Shown here: positions 39,501 to 48,900 of the stretch, in pieces
Layout of the letters: the number at the start of each line of letters is the position of its first letter
Position numbering within the stretch: position 1 is the stretch's first letter
DNA from: Priapulus caudatus
Taxonomy: Eukaryota
Reading direction: 5' to 3'
Assembly (NCBI RefSeq): GCF_000485595.1
Contig: NW_014577061.1
Span: forward strand, 492,824 to 556,823
Length of the DNA stretch: 64,000 nt
Program-made: the position numbers and the translations under genes
Notes under the pieces: model-generated
Told to the model about the DNA's origin: nothing
Seen by the model: only the letters and a program-made list of their open reading frames with translations
Database searches by the model: none

Positions 39501-41464
39501 AGGCGCACCAAGGAGAAATATCCATATGACATAGATCCAGATGATGACATTAGGGAGAATATAATCAATTACCAGGTACGTCTTGCTGAATAAACACAAT
39601 CTCGTTTTGCCATGCAAACATTGACTCTTCCTCATCACTCATTGCGCAATATGTGACATCAACCTTGTGTGTACCAAATGCTCTTATTTACACTACGTGG
39701 CATTCACACTTGATGTCACTATGCAATAACACACAACTATGTGTGCCAGTATTTCTTCTGACCACTGAATGTACCAGTAACTCTTCCCAGCCACTGTGTG
39801 TTCGAATAACTTCTTGCCACTGCATTTACCAGTATCTTTTTTGTATCACGACTGTGTGTAGCAGGAAGTGTTCTTACGTTTGTAGATAGCAGCACGTTTT
39901 TTCCCATTGCTGCTTGTTCTAGAAGGTGTTCTCACAACTGTGTATAGCAGCAAGTGTTCTTGCGTTTGTAGGTAGCAGAAAGTGTTCTTACAACTGTGTA
40001 GCAACAGGCGTTCCTAAGTCTGTGTACGGCAGCAAGTTCATTCTGTCGTTGCTGCCTGTACCAGAAAATGTTCTTAGCATTACATAGAGCATATTTTCGT
40101 CTTGTGTCAGGATGAGGGTGGCGGGGAGGATGACCAGGATGCGTATGACATCAGCAAACTGCGCAAGCCTGCTGATTCAGACGCACCGGGCAGCAACCAA
40201 GCCAGCAAGCCCAACCACCACCGGCCGCCGACCACCGTACCTCCACTAGAGAGTGCACGGCCGGTGCGCAAGGCTCATCCCCAGTATCGTAAGTGCATCG
40301 TGTCTCGGCAGGGCCTCACGTGTGTGTACGGTTGTCAGACGTTGTTAAGACTCTTAACAGTCCTATACTTCTGCCAAAGGAAATCCACCAACTTAGGCAC
40401 TAATTTTAAGTTTAAAAAATAGGTTAATCTTTTTCAACAGGATATATATATACTAATATATATATACCACCAGATATTGTTACCAGTAAAATAACAAGGT
40501 ATATATATTATATATATATAATATATATATTATTACTATATAGTATATATAATAGGTTATTTTTACTGGTTTTCCTATGCTGCCATTAGACAGTGAATGC
40601 TAAATGGTAGGTCTCACTGTAGGTCAGCCAAGTGTAATTGATTATTTTTAATGATTCATCGTTATTGTTTCACTTCAGCGCCAGGAGAACATCCTGACAT
40701 AGAAGATTTCATTAAAAATCGCAAAGACGAAGCCGACGATGATCCCGGTGCGCCCCCTAGGGACGATGTCCGGAACTACGCGTACGAGGTATGATGGATC
40801 AAATACTCTGTGCCCAGAATATTATCTTTTTCCCACCATCTTTTACCAACTTTGTCAACTTTTCAACACCTGCACTGTCACTCTATGATGCCTGTGTTAT
40901 CTTGATCCTTCTCAACACGCCCTCAAGTAACACCTGCATTCTCCTCGTAAAAGGTTTCCGTGTTCTTGTGTTCTCGCGCCTCTCCTCCACCACTGACATC
41001 CGTCCACTGTCACATATTTTTTCTCACTAAGCCTCCCGCACACTTATTTTCTCACTGAATCTTCCGCATGCATATTTTCTTACTGAACCTCCCGCACACA
41101 TATTTTCTCACTGAGCCTCCCGCATGCACCCATGTTCTCACCGAGTGTCTTCTCTGCTGCAAGAGTGTGGCAGCACTGCTGGCTCTCTAAGTAAACGCCA
41201 GCATTCTCATGTTAAAAGCTTTCCGTGTTCTCATGTTCTCGCAACACTCTTCCACAACTGCCGTCCGTCCACCGTCGCATTTTCATTCATAAACATCCAA
41301 CATTTTCTTGCTTCTCTCCGCTGCAGGGGTGTGGCAGCACCGCTGGCTCTCTAAGCTCACTAGCCAGCGGCACTGACGACGAAGACCTCGACTTCGACCG
41401 GCTGAACAACTGGGGACCACGCTTCAACAAGCTCGCCGAGATGTATGGAGGCGAGGAGGACTGA
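5206..41464 (+). CDS. CadN: Type III (non-chordate) classical cadherin, DN-cadherin/neural-cadherin-like; multi-exon, 5' part outside window, exons 25.4-38.1 kb out of protein order
   Basis: 38 GT-AG exons with compatible phases. They encode cadherin repeats (DxNDNxP, LDRE/LDYE, AxDxG), an NC domain (AAHGSPYY), EGF-LamG-EGF-LamG-EGF modules, a TM helix ([23 protein letters not shown]), a p120-binding DEGGGEDD motif and a beta-catenin-binding tail ([35 protein letters not shown]). Follows the remembered Drosophila DN-cadherin sequence segment by segment. Confidence 0.93.
6253..6493 (+). CDS. CadN: Cadherin exon ([16 protein letters not shown]...EEEKSDVR)
   Basis: cgccag / AG|gtgagc, phase 1/2. 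Confidence 0.9.
9810..10035 (+). CDS. CadN: Cadherin exon ([16 protein letters not shown]...LDYDD...SSTL)
   Basis: ttgcag / CTG|gtgggt, phase 2/0. Confidence 0.9.
10073..10250. repeat. 20-bp minisatellite CCGGGTAGCTAACTACCGCC
   Basis: About 8 tandem copies, decaying 3'. Confidence 0.9.
12733..12844 (+). CDS. CadN: Cadherin exon ([15 protein letters not shown]...MILA)
   Basis: cgcgcag / G|gtacgc, phase 0/1. Confidence 0.9.
14539..14779 (+). CDS. CadN: Cadherin exon ([12 protein letters not shown]...NQNDEAPR)
   Basis: cggcag / AG|gtgagc, phase 1/2. Confidence 0.9.
15620..16016 (+). CDS. CadN: Cadherin exon ([13 protein letters not shown]...DDGSCC...GTFVLQ)
   Basis: ccacag / CAG|gtacgt, phase 2/0; DDGSCC motif as in DN-cadherin. 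Confidence 0.92.
15975..16360 (+). repeat. 146-bp tandem repeat spanning an exon end and donor site
   Basis: Units start at 15975, 16121 and 16267 (third is partial). Confidence 0.92.
16546..16777 (+). CDS. CadN: Cadherin exon ([12 protein letters not shown]...FDREE...VVDIT)
   Basis: gcgcag / G|gttcgt, phase 0/1. Confidence 0.9.
17244..17458 (+). CDS. CadN: Cadherin exon (DDNDNEPKF...KRPLTQ)
   Basis: tttgaag / CAG|gtacgt, phase 1/0. Confidence 0.88.
17448..17656 (+). repeat. 16-21 bp minisatellite built from a splice donor (CACTCAG|GTACGCGC)
   Basis: 12 CAG|GT copies. Confidence 0.92.
18634..18884 (+). CDS. CadN: Cadherin exon ([14 protein letters not shown]...VPGSTR)
   Basis: ctgcag / AG|gtatgc, phase 0/2. 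Confidence 0.9.
19335..19398. repeat. (TGT)n microsatellite
   Basis: About 21 perfect units. Confidence 0.95.
19443..19572 (+). CDS. CadN: Cadherin exon (EKNSEHHF...PLDYEK...IRAK)
   Basis: cttgtag / AAG|gtagat, phase 2/0. Confidence 0.88.
20130..20281. mobile_element. Truncated TA-ended MITE
   Basis: Repeated (A)TTTTCGCG/CGCGAAA motifs ending ...ATATACAG|TA; other end not identifiable. Confidence 0.4.
20376..20561 (+). CDS. CadN: Cadherin exon (NNAQVQLS...DENDNAPQF...PNSH)
   Basis: tttcag / CAC|gtacgt, phase 0/0. Confidence 0.9.
21646..21835 (+). CDS. CadN: Cadherin exon (VIYEIMRDG...FDREKK...SPNE)
   Basis: atgcag / G|gtcaga, phase 0/1. Confidence 0.9.
22142..22285 (+). CDS. CadN: Cadherin exon ([19 protein letters not shown]...KDRDE)
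   Basis: caccag / G|gtgggt, phase 1/1; not in the supplied ORF track in this frame. Confidence 0.9.
22570..22685 (+). CDS. CadN: Cadherin exon ([15 protein letters not shown]...LDYDEGIQ)
   Basis: tttcag / CAG|gtaaca, phase 1/0. Confidence 0.9.
25376..25543 (+). CDS. CadN: Cadherin exon, end of block A1 ([11 protein letters not shown]...DVNDNRP...LPKKILQ)
   Basis: tgtag / CAG|gtaggt, phase 0/0; protein continuation is the exon at 29606. Confidence 0.9.
26229..26441 (+). CDS. CadN: Cadherin exon, start of block B1 ([20 protein letters not shown]...DKNDNP...DIFVFNYK)
   Basis: cggcag / A|gtgagt, phase 1/1; start phase is incompatible with the preceding exon (phase 0). Confidence 0.9.
26790..26931 (+). 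CDS. CadN: Cadherin exon, block B1 ([23 protein letters not shown]...VIIR)
   Basis: atgcag / AG|gtatgt, phase 1/2; DxDDWD motif. Confidence 0.87.
27340..27485 (+). CDS. CadN: Cadherin exon, block B1 ([17 protein letters not shown]...NSGSVRIT)
   Basis: cttcag / G|gtacgt, phase 2/1. Confidence 0.9.
28187..28281 (+). CDS. CadN: Cadherin exon, block B1, NC domain ([14 protein letters not shown]...TGAL)
   Basis: tttcag / TTA|gtgagt, phase 1/0. Confidence 0.87.
28470..28616 (+). CDS. CadN: Cadherin exon, end of block B1, NC domain (VENVEVFSI...[13 protein letters not shown]...NLIE)
   Basis: attcag / GAG|gtgggc, phase 0/0; conserved HGSPYY motif of the NC domain. Confidence 0.9.
29386..29590. repeat. 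Degenerate CCTACAGT 8-bp repeat
   Basis: Direct inspection. Confidence 0.8.
29606..29912 (+). CDS. CadN: Cadherin exon, block A2 ([16 protein letters not shown]...LDRD...DINDNAP...ENTAA), displaced
   Basis: gcacag / G|gttggc, phase 0/1; completes the EC repeat begun at 25376-25543. Confidence 0.9.
30262..30536 (+). CDS. CadN: Cadherin exon, block B2 ([17 protein letters not shown]...[14 protein letters not shown]), NC end/EGF
   Basis: gtacag / TA|gtgagt, phase 0/2; continues from 28616. Confidence 0.9.
31066..31405 (+). CDS. CadN: Cadherin exon, block B2, EGF/LamG1 ([19 protein letters not shown]...VLEDK)
   Basis: ttgcag / AAG|gtgaga, phase 2/0. Confidence 0.92.
31418..31516. repeat. 30-bp tandem repeat x3
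   Basis: AGAAGAGAACAGCTATGTATCTATCGTGAA. Confidence 0.9.
31906..32045 (+). CDS. CadN: Cadherin exon, orphan block C ([21 protein letters not shown]...LDRE...LAIDE), displaced
   Basis: ttacag / G|gtgagt, phase 2/1; half of an EC repeat sitting inside the LamG1 intron. Confidence 0.85.
32267..32491 (+). CDS. CadN: Cadherin exon, block A3 ([13 protein letters not shown]...LDRE...DAGGLT), displaced
   Basis: gaacag / G|gtgcag, phase 1/1; continues from 29912. Confidence 0.9.
32678..32908 (+). CDS. CadN: Cadherin exon, block B3, LamG1 (KVTFVVDRC...[11 protein letters not shown]...[13 protein letters not shown])
   Basis: tcgcag / CGG|gtgcgt, phase 0/0; continues from 31405. Confidence 0.9.
33248..33428 (+). 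CDS. CadN: Cadherin exon, block B3, EGF (MYDIGNPG...[12 protein letters not shown])
   Basis: tcacag / G|gtaact, phase 0/1. Confidence 0.9.
33789..33958 (+). CDS. CadN: Cadherin exon, block B3, LamG2 ([12 protein letters not shown]...[11 protein letters not shown]...MSLE)
   Basis: atgcag / GAG|gtgtgt, phase 1/0. Confidence 0.88.
34496..34682 (+). CDS. CadN: Cadherin exon, block B3, LamG2 ([13 protein letters not shown]...DGQWH...NETLGLR)
   Basis: ttctag / G|gtacac, phase 0/1. Confidence 0.88.
35382..35507 (+). CDS. CadN: Cadherin exon, block B3, LamG2 ([15 protein letters not shown]...QKDFV)
   Basis: actcag / G|gtacgt, phase 1/1. Confidence 0.85.
36380..36695 (+). CDS. CadN: Cadherin exon, end of block B3, LamG2/EGF (GCIKDVRY...DINEC...DYHCR)
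   Basis: tctcag / AG|gtgagc, phase 1/2; Ca-binding EGF motif. Confidence 0.92.
37124..37280 (+). CDS. CadN: Cadherin exon, block A4 ([19 protein letters not shown]...[12 protein letters not shown]), displaced
   Basis: tttcag / AG|gtaaac, phase 1/2; continues from 32491. Confidence 0.9.
37947..38064 (+). CDS. CadN: Cadherin exon, block A4 ([29 protein letters not shown]...AAN), displaced
   Basis: gcccag / AAC|gtacgt, phase 2/0; 3' boundary less certain. Confidence 0.75.
38094..38267. mobile_element. Tc1/mariner-pogo-type MITE
   Basis: TIR CAGTCGAACCTCGGTTATCCGAAC / GTTCAGATAATCGAGGTTTAACTG, TA on both sides, internal TTATCCGAA repeats. Confidence 0.8.
38473..38482. other. Assembly gap
   Basis: 10 N. 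Confidence 1.
38483..38765. repeat. ACATGAATGTT-based satellite next to the N gap
   Basis: Tandem 11-bp-derived units with higher-order periodicity. Confidence 0.9.
39038..39150 (+). CDS. CadN: Cadherin exon, block B4, EGF end + TM ([10 protein letters not shown]...[14 protein letters not shown])
   Basis: ttgcag / A|gtaagt, phase 2/1; continues from 36695. Confidence 0.92.
39469..39575 (+). CDS. CadN: Cadherin exon, TM end/juxtamembrane ([12 protein letters not shown]...[12 protein letters not shown])
   Basis: atgcag / CAG|gtacgt, phase 1/0. Confidence 0.92.
40111..40288 (+). CDS. CadN: Cadherin exon, cytoplasmic p120-binding region ([17 protein letters not shown]...)
   Basis: tgtcag / C|gtaagt, phase 0/1. 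Confidence 0.92.
40679..40788 (+). CDS. CadN: Cadherin exon, cytoplasmic ([11 protein letters not shown]...DDVRNYAYE)
   Basis: cttcag / GAG|gtatga, phase 1/0. Confidence 0.92.
41327..41464 (+). CDS. CadN: Cadherin last coding exon, beta-catenin-binding tail ([15 protein letters not shown]...[17 protein letters not shown])
   Basis: ctgcag acceptor, TGA stop at 41462-41464. Confidence 0.93.
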   Translation, partial: GCGSTAGSLSSLASGTDDEDLDFDRLNNWGPRFNKLAEMYGGEED

Positions 41465-42811
41465 GTCAATCGCCGCGCGCGCGCGCATTGACGTTCCGAC
41501 GCGCCGAGACTGACCGCCGGTCAGCGGAGAGATCGGCTTCGTCGGCGACCGAGGTTCTCACAGAAGTGAACGAATGTCCAAAACTGAATGCTGGCGACGG
41601 AGGCACTCTCGGCGTGGACGGAGTGCGCCTCGGGACCGGGATCGAGGTCCGTACAGCTGGCTGAGAGTCGTCGACCAGACGACAAGGACTGATTGTCGCA
41701 GCAGCTACTACCCAGCTAGCGTGCTCCATGTGTAAAATACTCTCTGTTAATAATAATCAGTAAGCAGCTTGTGATGTGGCTACAGTGGCTCCCTCTAAGC
41801 AAGAGAACGTCTGGTGTGCTTCTATATGTTATACATATATACACATATTATGTAATATATATACATGTTATATATATGTATGTATATATATAGTGATAGG
41901 TTCATTCTGCAGGGAGAATGACTACATAGCAGCCTCTTGTTTTCTGAAGGCTGTTGTTTAGAGTGGAGGCCAGGCTTTCTGTCGTGGACCTAATTTGAAC
42001 AAATGTTTTGTAAAAACAAAATCGGGATCAACTTGTGATGTGTCTACTTCGTGTCGCTCTAGGTGGGTCTCTTTCCGTTGTGTGGGCCAATCTATGGTAG
42101 GCAAATGTCCGTTCACGTAGCTGACACTGTAAACCGTACAGCAGTATGAACAATATTTGCAGGATGTTTGAGTGCCACGGTATCATGAGATGTTTGCCGA
42201 GATATCTATTGCTGTAGTTTTGAGAAGTGAATGTGTCCATTGCTGTACAGTTGCAAATCATGAAAAATTATGATGTTTTATTGCTGAGTGAATTATAAGC
42301 TTTGATATTATTGGTGTAAAGCATTTAACAAGGGGACTCGAGACTTCTGACTGTTGCGTACATGTTAATGTTATCTAAATATTGAAGCTGCATAGATGTA
42401 GTGATAGGCGCTTCAGTTGTTCAGCAATTGGGGTGTGTTTATACTAAAATAATGTACAGATGTAGAACACATAAACCATATGTAAAAGATGACGCACTGC
42501 TAGAAGGTGTTAAAACCATGTGTGGTTCAACAGAAAAGATGCAGAATGGTGTAAGATAAGTTTTGATATATTTCCTCATATTATGTATCATCACTTATAT
42601 TCTGGTGATGATGAATCCTGGATTCACAGGTATCCTGCAGGTAATGCCACTGATGGTTATTGACAGGTTACCTACAGGTACCTGTCGTGGTTTTCTACAG
42701 ATAACCAGTACATGACTATCTAATGGTAAAACATTGGTAACTTGTAGGTATACCTGTTGATCAGTAACCATGGATCCCTCTCAGGTAGGCCTTCTAGTAG
42801 TTGATGATTAA

Positions 42812-43045
42812 CCACAGGTAACACACAGGTAGACCTGTTGCTGGTTGATTACAGGTAACACCCAGGTAGACCTGTTGCTAGTTGATTACAGGTAACACCC
42901 AGGTAGACCTGGTGCTGGTTGATTACAGGTAACACACAGGTAGACCTGTTGCTGGTTGATTACAGGTAACACCCAGGTAGACCTGGTGCTAGTTGATTAC
43001 AGGTAACACCCAGGTAGACCTGGTGCTAGTTGACCACAGGTACCA
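42812..43045. repeat. 37-bp minisatellite downstream of the cadherin stop codon
   Basis: About 6 copies of GATTACAGGTAACACCCAGGTAGACCTG(T/G)TGCT(A/G)GTT. Confidence 0.9.
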
Positions 43046-45469
43046 CCCAGATACACTTGCTGACGGTTAACCGCTGGTAACAGTCAGACATGCCTTTTTA
43101 TGGTTAACCACCGGTAACTTGCAGATAGTCCCTGTTACTGACAAAACATGTACATCGAGTGGCAGAGCCTTGCGTTCTGGCCTCATCTTTTAACAGTGAT
43201 TGTGTGTGGGCACGTGTGTGTGATAGCTGTTTAGTTGTTGTATCATTGTACACGTTCGCATTTTGTTTATGAAACCATGTACAAAATTGTCTAGCAATTT
43301 GTGTAAAACAGTGATGCCAACAAAATCGTCAATCCTTTTTCGGTCCCCTGTACCACCGATCAGCATCTTACAGTAGCACTGATTGCGCCCATCTAGTGAA
43401 TAACACTGCCATTCTATGTGAGTATCTTTGCAGTAATATCAAGAGCTAATAATACATTATTAGCTCTTGGTAACATCCCTAACGGTGCCTATGCTTGCCG
43501 CTGCACTGCCAAAGCCATGTCTTTATCTGTGTGTGTATATGATTTGTGGCCGGAAACTGTCACTGGGTTGTGCTGCCAAGACGTTGTGTGAACATCGTCA
43601 TGAGATTATAATGGCAGATAATAGCAGGATGAGATAATGGCGTTTCCAAGAAGCTCGGGAATATTACTTTAGGCCAGGGATGAAGGTGTAGTCAGTGATT
43701 TTGCGACGCAAGGAGGAGATTAAACAATAAATTACGGATGATCATTAAAAATCTTAGCGGTGATAAGAAATGCTTCGGGAAATGATTTCTATATGACTAT
43801 AGGTATCAATGGAAAGGTTGTTAGCAAAATGTGTTATGAGATGTGGATAGTGAGTGAAAGTATAATGTAAATGTTATTCACAGTTTTGCATGCCATTGTC
43901 AACGGATCATGTAGGCCTACATCTGTGTAGACATTTAAAGCTGTGCACACAAAACAGCTTTAACGAACGTATATAGCAGTGTAGACATTGATATAAACTT
44001 TTGATAAATGCGAAAGGCACCACGTCGTTTTACACAACATAATATCTCCCTAGTGTTAGCTGCTACCTCGCTACTTGAGTATGCGAAGACTTTTATTTTA
44101 TTTTTTATGTTGCAGCAAAGCGCATTTAGTCAGAGATAAAGGCCTAGTTTTTGAGCGGTAACAGTTCGCAAACATGCGTGACATGGACAGGTTTTTCTTG
44201 TGTTCCACAATGTTGACTCGTCCCCTTTTCTTATGTTCATTCAGCGCGTTTTAGGTAAAGGCTGTTTTATACACTGATCACGATAACGATTTTTAAGTAA
44301 ATTGTTTAAATGATTTTAATCGATGAGAATCACTCAAATTAGTAGACGGCTGTAATTATGTATTTATTGTGATATACACATAGCGTTGTAACCATGGGGA
44401 ACCTTGCATTTCTGTTTTTAAGTAAGACACACTAAATGAAGGAAGAGGTGTAGCAGCAAGAAAACTTGCTGACTTGGTTCCAAATTTTAATGTGAAACTA
44501 GAATCTCATTATATTGCATTTGTGACATTTCCTGAGAACTCTTCTGTTGTTAGGCTATAAGCTAGAAGCGACGAGGTCGAACACAAGCACAGGAATAAGT
44601 CTCTGTAGAAAGCAGTATTCATTATCACTACAAGTAGGTACTCTTAGGAAATTCATGATTGCAGGGAATACCCTGTGTCAGGGAACCCATCAGTGTCGCG
44701 TCATTGTACGGTTGCTTCAGTATAGATTTCAATGTCAGATTTGCATGCCAAGAGGACCTAGTGAAGGCGTAAGGTTGTACCCTCGGTAGTATGGCCATCG
44801 TCAATCATTCCAGCAACGAGGATGTCGTAGGCCAACTATTGGCATACCTTCAGACTCTGTACGAAGCTATTTCCCATTGCATAATTGTTTTAAGATGTGA
44901 AAGCTTAGCAGAGTAACCGTATGTGGTTGTGATCCTCCCTCCCCCTCACGAACAATTAGTTGTAATGAGTAGACCCCCGTGTTAGTAATGTGTACATTTT
45001 TTATTTTAGTGCATATTTTTCTTTTTTTTATACATGGTGTATTACATTTCTTCATGGTCATTATGTGACTGTAATATTTGTTCTTACAGAAAATAAAGAA
45101 CGTCGTTCTTCATAGCAGTTTTTTTATTATTCTGTTTGTACCTCCATAGCTTATAGCTGTCACAATCACATTGCAAATCTATCACATAGCTTAACGTATT
45201 TGTGGAATGAAGAATAGTCATATTCAACACACCTTGACATACGCGTTGATTGTCTACCCCATCATAATATGGGATATACAGTTGTGCATGGACAATGTCA
45301 CCTATATATGTTGATAAGAACAAACTATATTAATCTCTGCTTTGATATCTCGACTATTATATCTCTGACTTGATGTCGGCTACAACTTTCGTACAAGATT
45401 ACATCGAAGAATAGCTACCCTAACATTGGTATCACATCTGTATAGTCGTCATTCATTACCATGATTATA

Positions 45470-45765
45470 CAGTGTTTCCTCTGCATTGACACGAGCGAGG
45501 GGGGCTCCTCGCTCAAATTCTCAGCCACCACACAGAAATTTGTCCAAAACACCACCTCGCTGCCGAAAATTACTGTTCTTCCAAAGAACAGTGCTTATGA
45601 TGCAGCAAAATAGCTTGGCATGCAGCAAATTGCACCATTTTTCCAAAAAAATTCCCCCGGACCCCCTAGCTGGGCAAGGCCTCGCTTTGCTAGGACCTCG
45701 AAATGCGCAAACACACCAAAAAACATTTACCACCTCACAGACGTTTTTGGCCAGGGGAAACACTG
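45470..45765. mobile_element. MITE 80 bp downstream of the GSS stop codon
   Basis: TIR CAGTGTTTCC(T/C)CTG / CAGGGGAAACACTG; flanks attata/attatg. Confidence 0.65.
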
Positions 45766-45845
45766 ATTATGTATTAAAAAATTTCCCTCATAAAAAAACT
45801 ATGAACCCCATATGCTGGGTTAAAAAATCTGGATGGTTGACGTAT

Positions 45846-45969
45846 TCACTCCAGATATGGACTGTCAATAGCACCATAACCCATGGCAACACCTCCTTCA
45901 TCAACGCCCATCATCTTTGTCCGTAGTAGATGTCCATGCTGCTCATTGAGCAACAATTCCTTCCCTCTC
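45846..45969 (-). CDS. GSS: GSS last exon ([18 protein letters not shown]...DSPYLE*)
   Basis: ttgcag acceptor, TGA stop. Confidence 0.92.
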
Positions 45970-48900
45970 CTGCAAGCAATGTTTCTTTTTATATTAGCAT
46001 TCAAAAACAAGCAACAACAACAGCAACAACAACAACTGCAGCACAAGCAACCATCAAGCACCATCACCATGTAACAAGTACAGGTTAATTTGAAACTAAT
46101 GAAACCAGTTGTTTTCAAGTCTATACTGACAGACTGATTGGAATTTCTTAGAAATTATAACAATATGCATTTTTACATGACATGAGAATACATAACCTAT
46201 ACAGACTGCGCCATACACATACATCATTACATTATGGCACAAACTGCAATGCATTTAACATACTCGCACAAACATATGAGTAACATTATTATTGTCATAC
46301 ATAATAATACTACTTGTGGTACACTCGCATTTATGTCATCAGAATTCCTAATGCTAGCCGCACACTATACGACCCGAGCGGGATCGGGAAGCTTATGATC
46401 GTCTCCCGAGCCCAGGCGTCTGGCTACCGACTGGTTTGACACGATCGGGAGGTCATTTTGGGCCGATTCGAATTTTGAATCGGGAGCGGAGCGGGTTGTA
46501 TAGTGTGCGAGGGTATATGACGCGACTCGTATAGTCTGCGTGGCCATCCGACCCGCCGCCGAGCGCTGAAGGGGTTTCCCCTAAAATTGACCAATCACAG
46601 AGCAGCGCCATGGGAAGCGCATTCCGTCTAAGTGGCGGAGTTTTGGACGCACGGGAAGGAGAACGATCTTGTTGAATTGTGGCTTGAAAATGAGTGTTTA
46701 TATGACTGCACCCAAAAGGATTATGCAAACAGAGTTGTAAGGACCAAACACCTTTCAGAAATTGCCGCGAAGTTGGGAACAAGTGGCGAGTACAATCGAT
46801 TCTATCCCTTTTAAAGTGCCCTTTCTATGACGCCTCCTTTGCAAACACAATACAACAGCTGGATTTAACTTCATTTTGGAAAAAAATGCTGGATGTGCGT
46901 CTGCTTGCTGCTAGGGGAAGCACTCCCGACCCTTAGTGCACGCTAAATCCGCTTTGAACGCCTCGAGAGCGCCATGGTTAGCGCCAACTTTGAGTTGTAC
47001 AGTGTGCGGGGGCCTCCCGATCGATCGGGTGCCGAGCATATGGTGTGCGAGGGCTTACGACTCCGGCCCGAGCAAAATCGTAGTCTGCGGCGAGCATAGC
47101 ACTATAACAAGGGCTGCAAAATCCACACATGTCCCCACATACTCCTACATAGCAACACAGGCTGCAGCACGAACACATGCACACCGTAAAATTCAATGCA
47201 TCGCAGCACAGGCGGCCACGAGTGTATATACACACCCTATCACGACTCCGAAAACGCCCAGTTCGCTGATGACGTTCTCGACGTGTGGTGGGTTGCCAGC
47301 TCGTATGATGTAGTTGCTGTGCGATTGGGGATGTATCTGTTCCATAAGAATGAATGCCGTTCTTTCGACAGTGTCGCTGATTGGGCCGAGCACGTCCACG
47401 ATCGCCTCCCCGAACGTGTTGTTCCCTCCTCCCTCCCGCTGCGGCTTCAACACATACTTGCCCGGATTTTCCATCGCCATGGCGACGGCAGCATCTCCCT
47501 CTTCGCCCTACGGCAGACAATACTATTGTGAGATTGAGATTGTACTAGCTCCAGTTCACGATAGCATACAGAAAGAAACTTGATTGCCATGCTGAACTAG
47601 AATATGGAAGACAGTTAACATTAACACGTCATTTAGAACACTAACGAATTTAGTGGAAAACTTTGTCCTATGGCAGAGAATACTATTGTGCAATTGAGAT
47701 TGTGCTAGTTGCAGTTCACTAGAGCACTTGGCATACAGAAAGAAACTTGATTGTCATGCTGAACTAGAATATGGAAGACAGTTAACATTAACAGTTTCCA
47801 TTGCGTGCAAGAACCTGTCACTAAGAACAGGAGCAAATTTAGTGGAAAGACGTATGCAAGCAGATTCTTAACGCACTGCAGCAAATTCTGGCAATTCAAA
47901 AGGTTATACTCATTATGTCTGTTGCTCAATATCAGAACAGAACCACTAGCATTGTCCACATATGTAGGCAAACCAATTACAGGAAATTTTATTGCAAAAA
48001 TGTGATCAAACTAGAACTATTTATTCTAAAAATTGCCAATCTGTGTATAATTTGGCAGTAAAAAAATGAGAAAAATAAGAACAACCGTGTGCAGAAATTG
48101 TATATACTATCATGTGGACGTAATGATTCTTACCATATCTAGGCTATAGAGGCCCACAAATGTCTTTCTGACTAATGCTGATTCCTCAGCATCTAGAAAC
48201 CTCTCCAACATGCCAGGCTTGGACAGTACTTGCTGTACCTTCTTCGTTCCAGCTAGGTGATACTGGATCGATGGGCATTTAATAGCTGAACTTCGCTCCA
48301 CTTTTAATCGAGTCTGCCAAACCTGCAAAAAGCACAAAACACAAGATTTATTGATAGATTCATAAAAATCACTATATGACTTTATTTTAACGTCCAGTTT
48401 GCTCCACCTGGTTGCTACGCTATATCTGCTTTATCCATCACCATCGGAGGCAGCATCGTACTCTCCTGAGACTATGGATTTTGTGTGGTCAGATCTTGAT
48501 GCAATGTGCTATGACTGTACACTGCTATTCGAAATAGAGAGATTCTGCCATATTTGTGTATCTGAAGGTCAGCCCAGATGTTGTAGTTATATCTTATTAA
48601 TCATTACTTTTTGCTTTTTCTCTTTCCAGCAGCTGTGCCAGGCTTATCTCACATTTCAGCAGCTCACTACGGAGAGCCTGTATAACCACTGAAGATGGTG
48701 CTATGTGTCTCCTTTCGAGGTGTCAATATTCATGGTGAAGAGTTTAAGGTGTAGCTTATTCCATAGTTTTTTTTATCAACTATACGAACCTCATCTGATG
48801 TATATTGATCTGGTGCATATCCATCTCTATAGTAAACTACTCCAACTTCTTTGCCATCTCTGAAATTAAATAAAATTTCACTTGAAGTGGTTTGTAAATC

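Noticed and set aside
42812..43045. CRISPR-like regular repeats (also 10073-10250, 31418-31516)
   Set aside because: Head-to-tail tandem units without unique spacers, in a eukaryotic context, with no cas genes.
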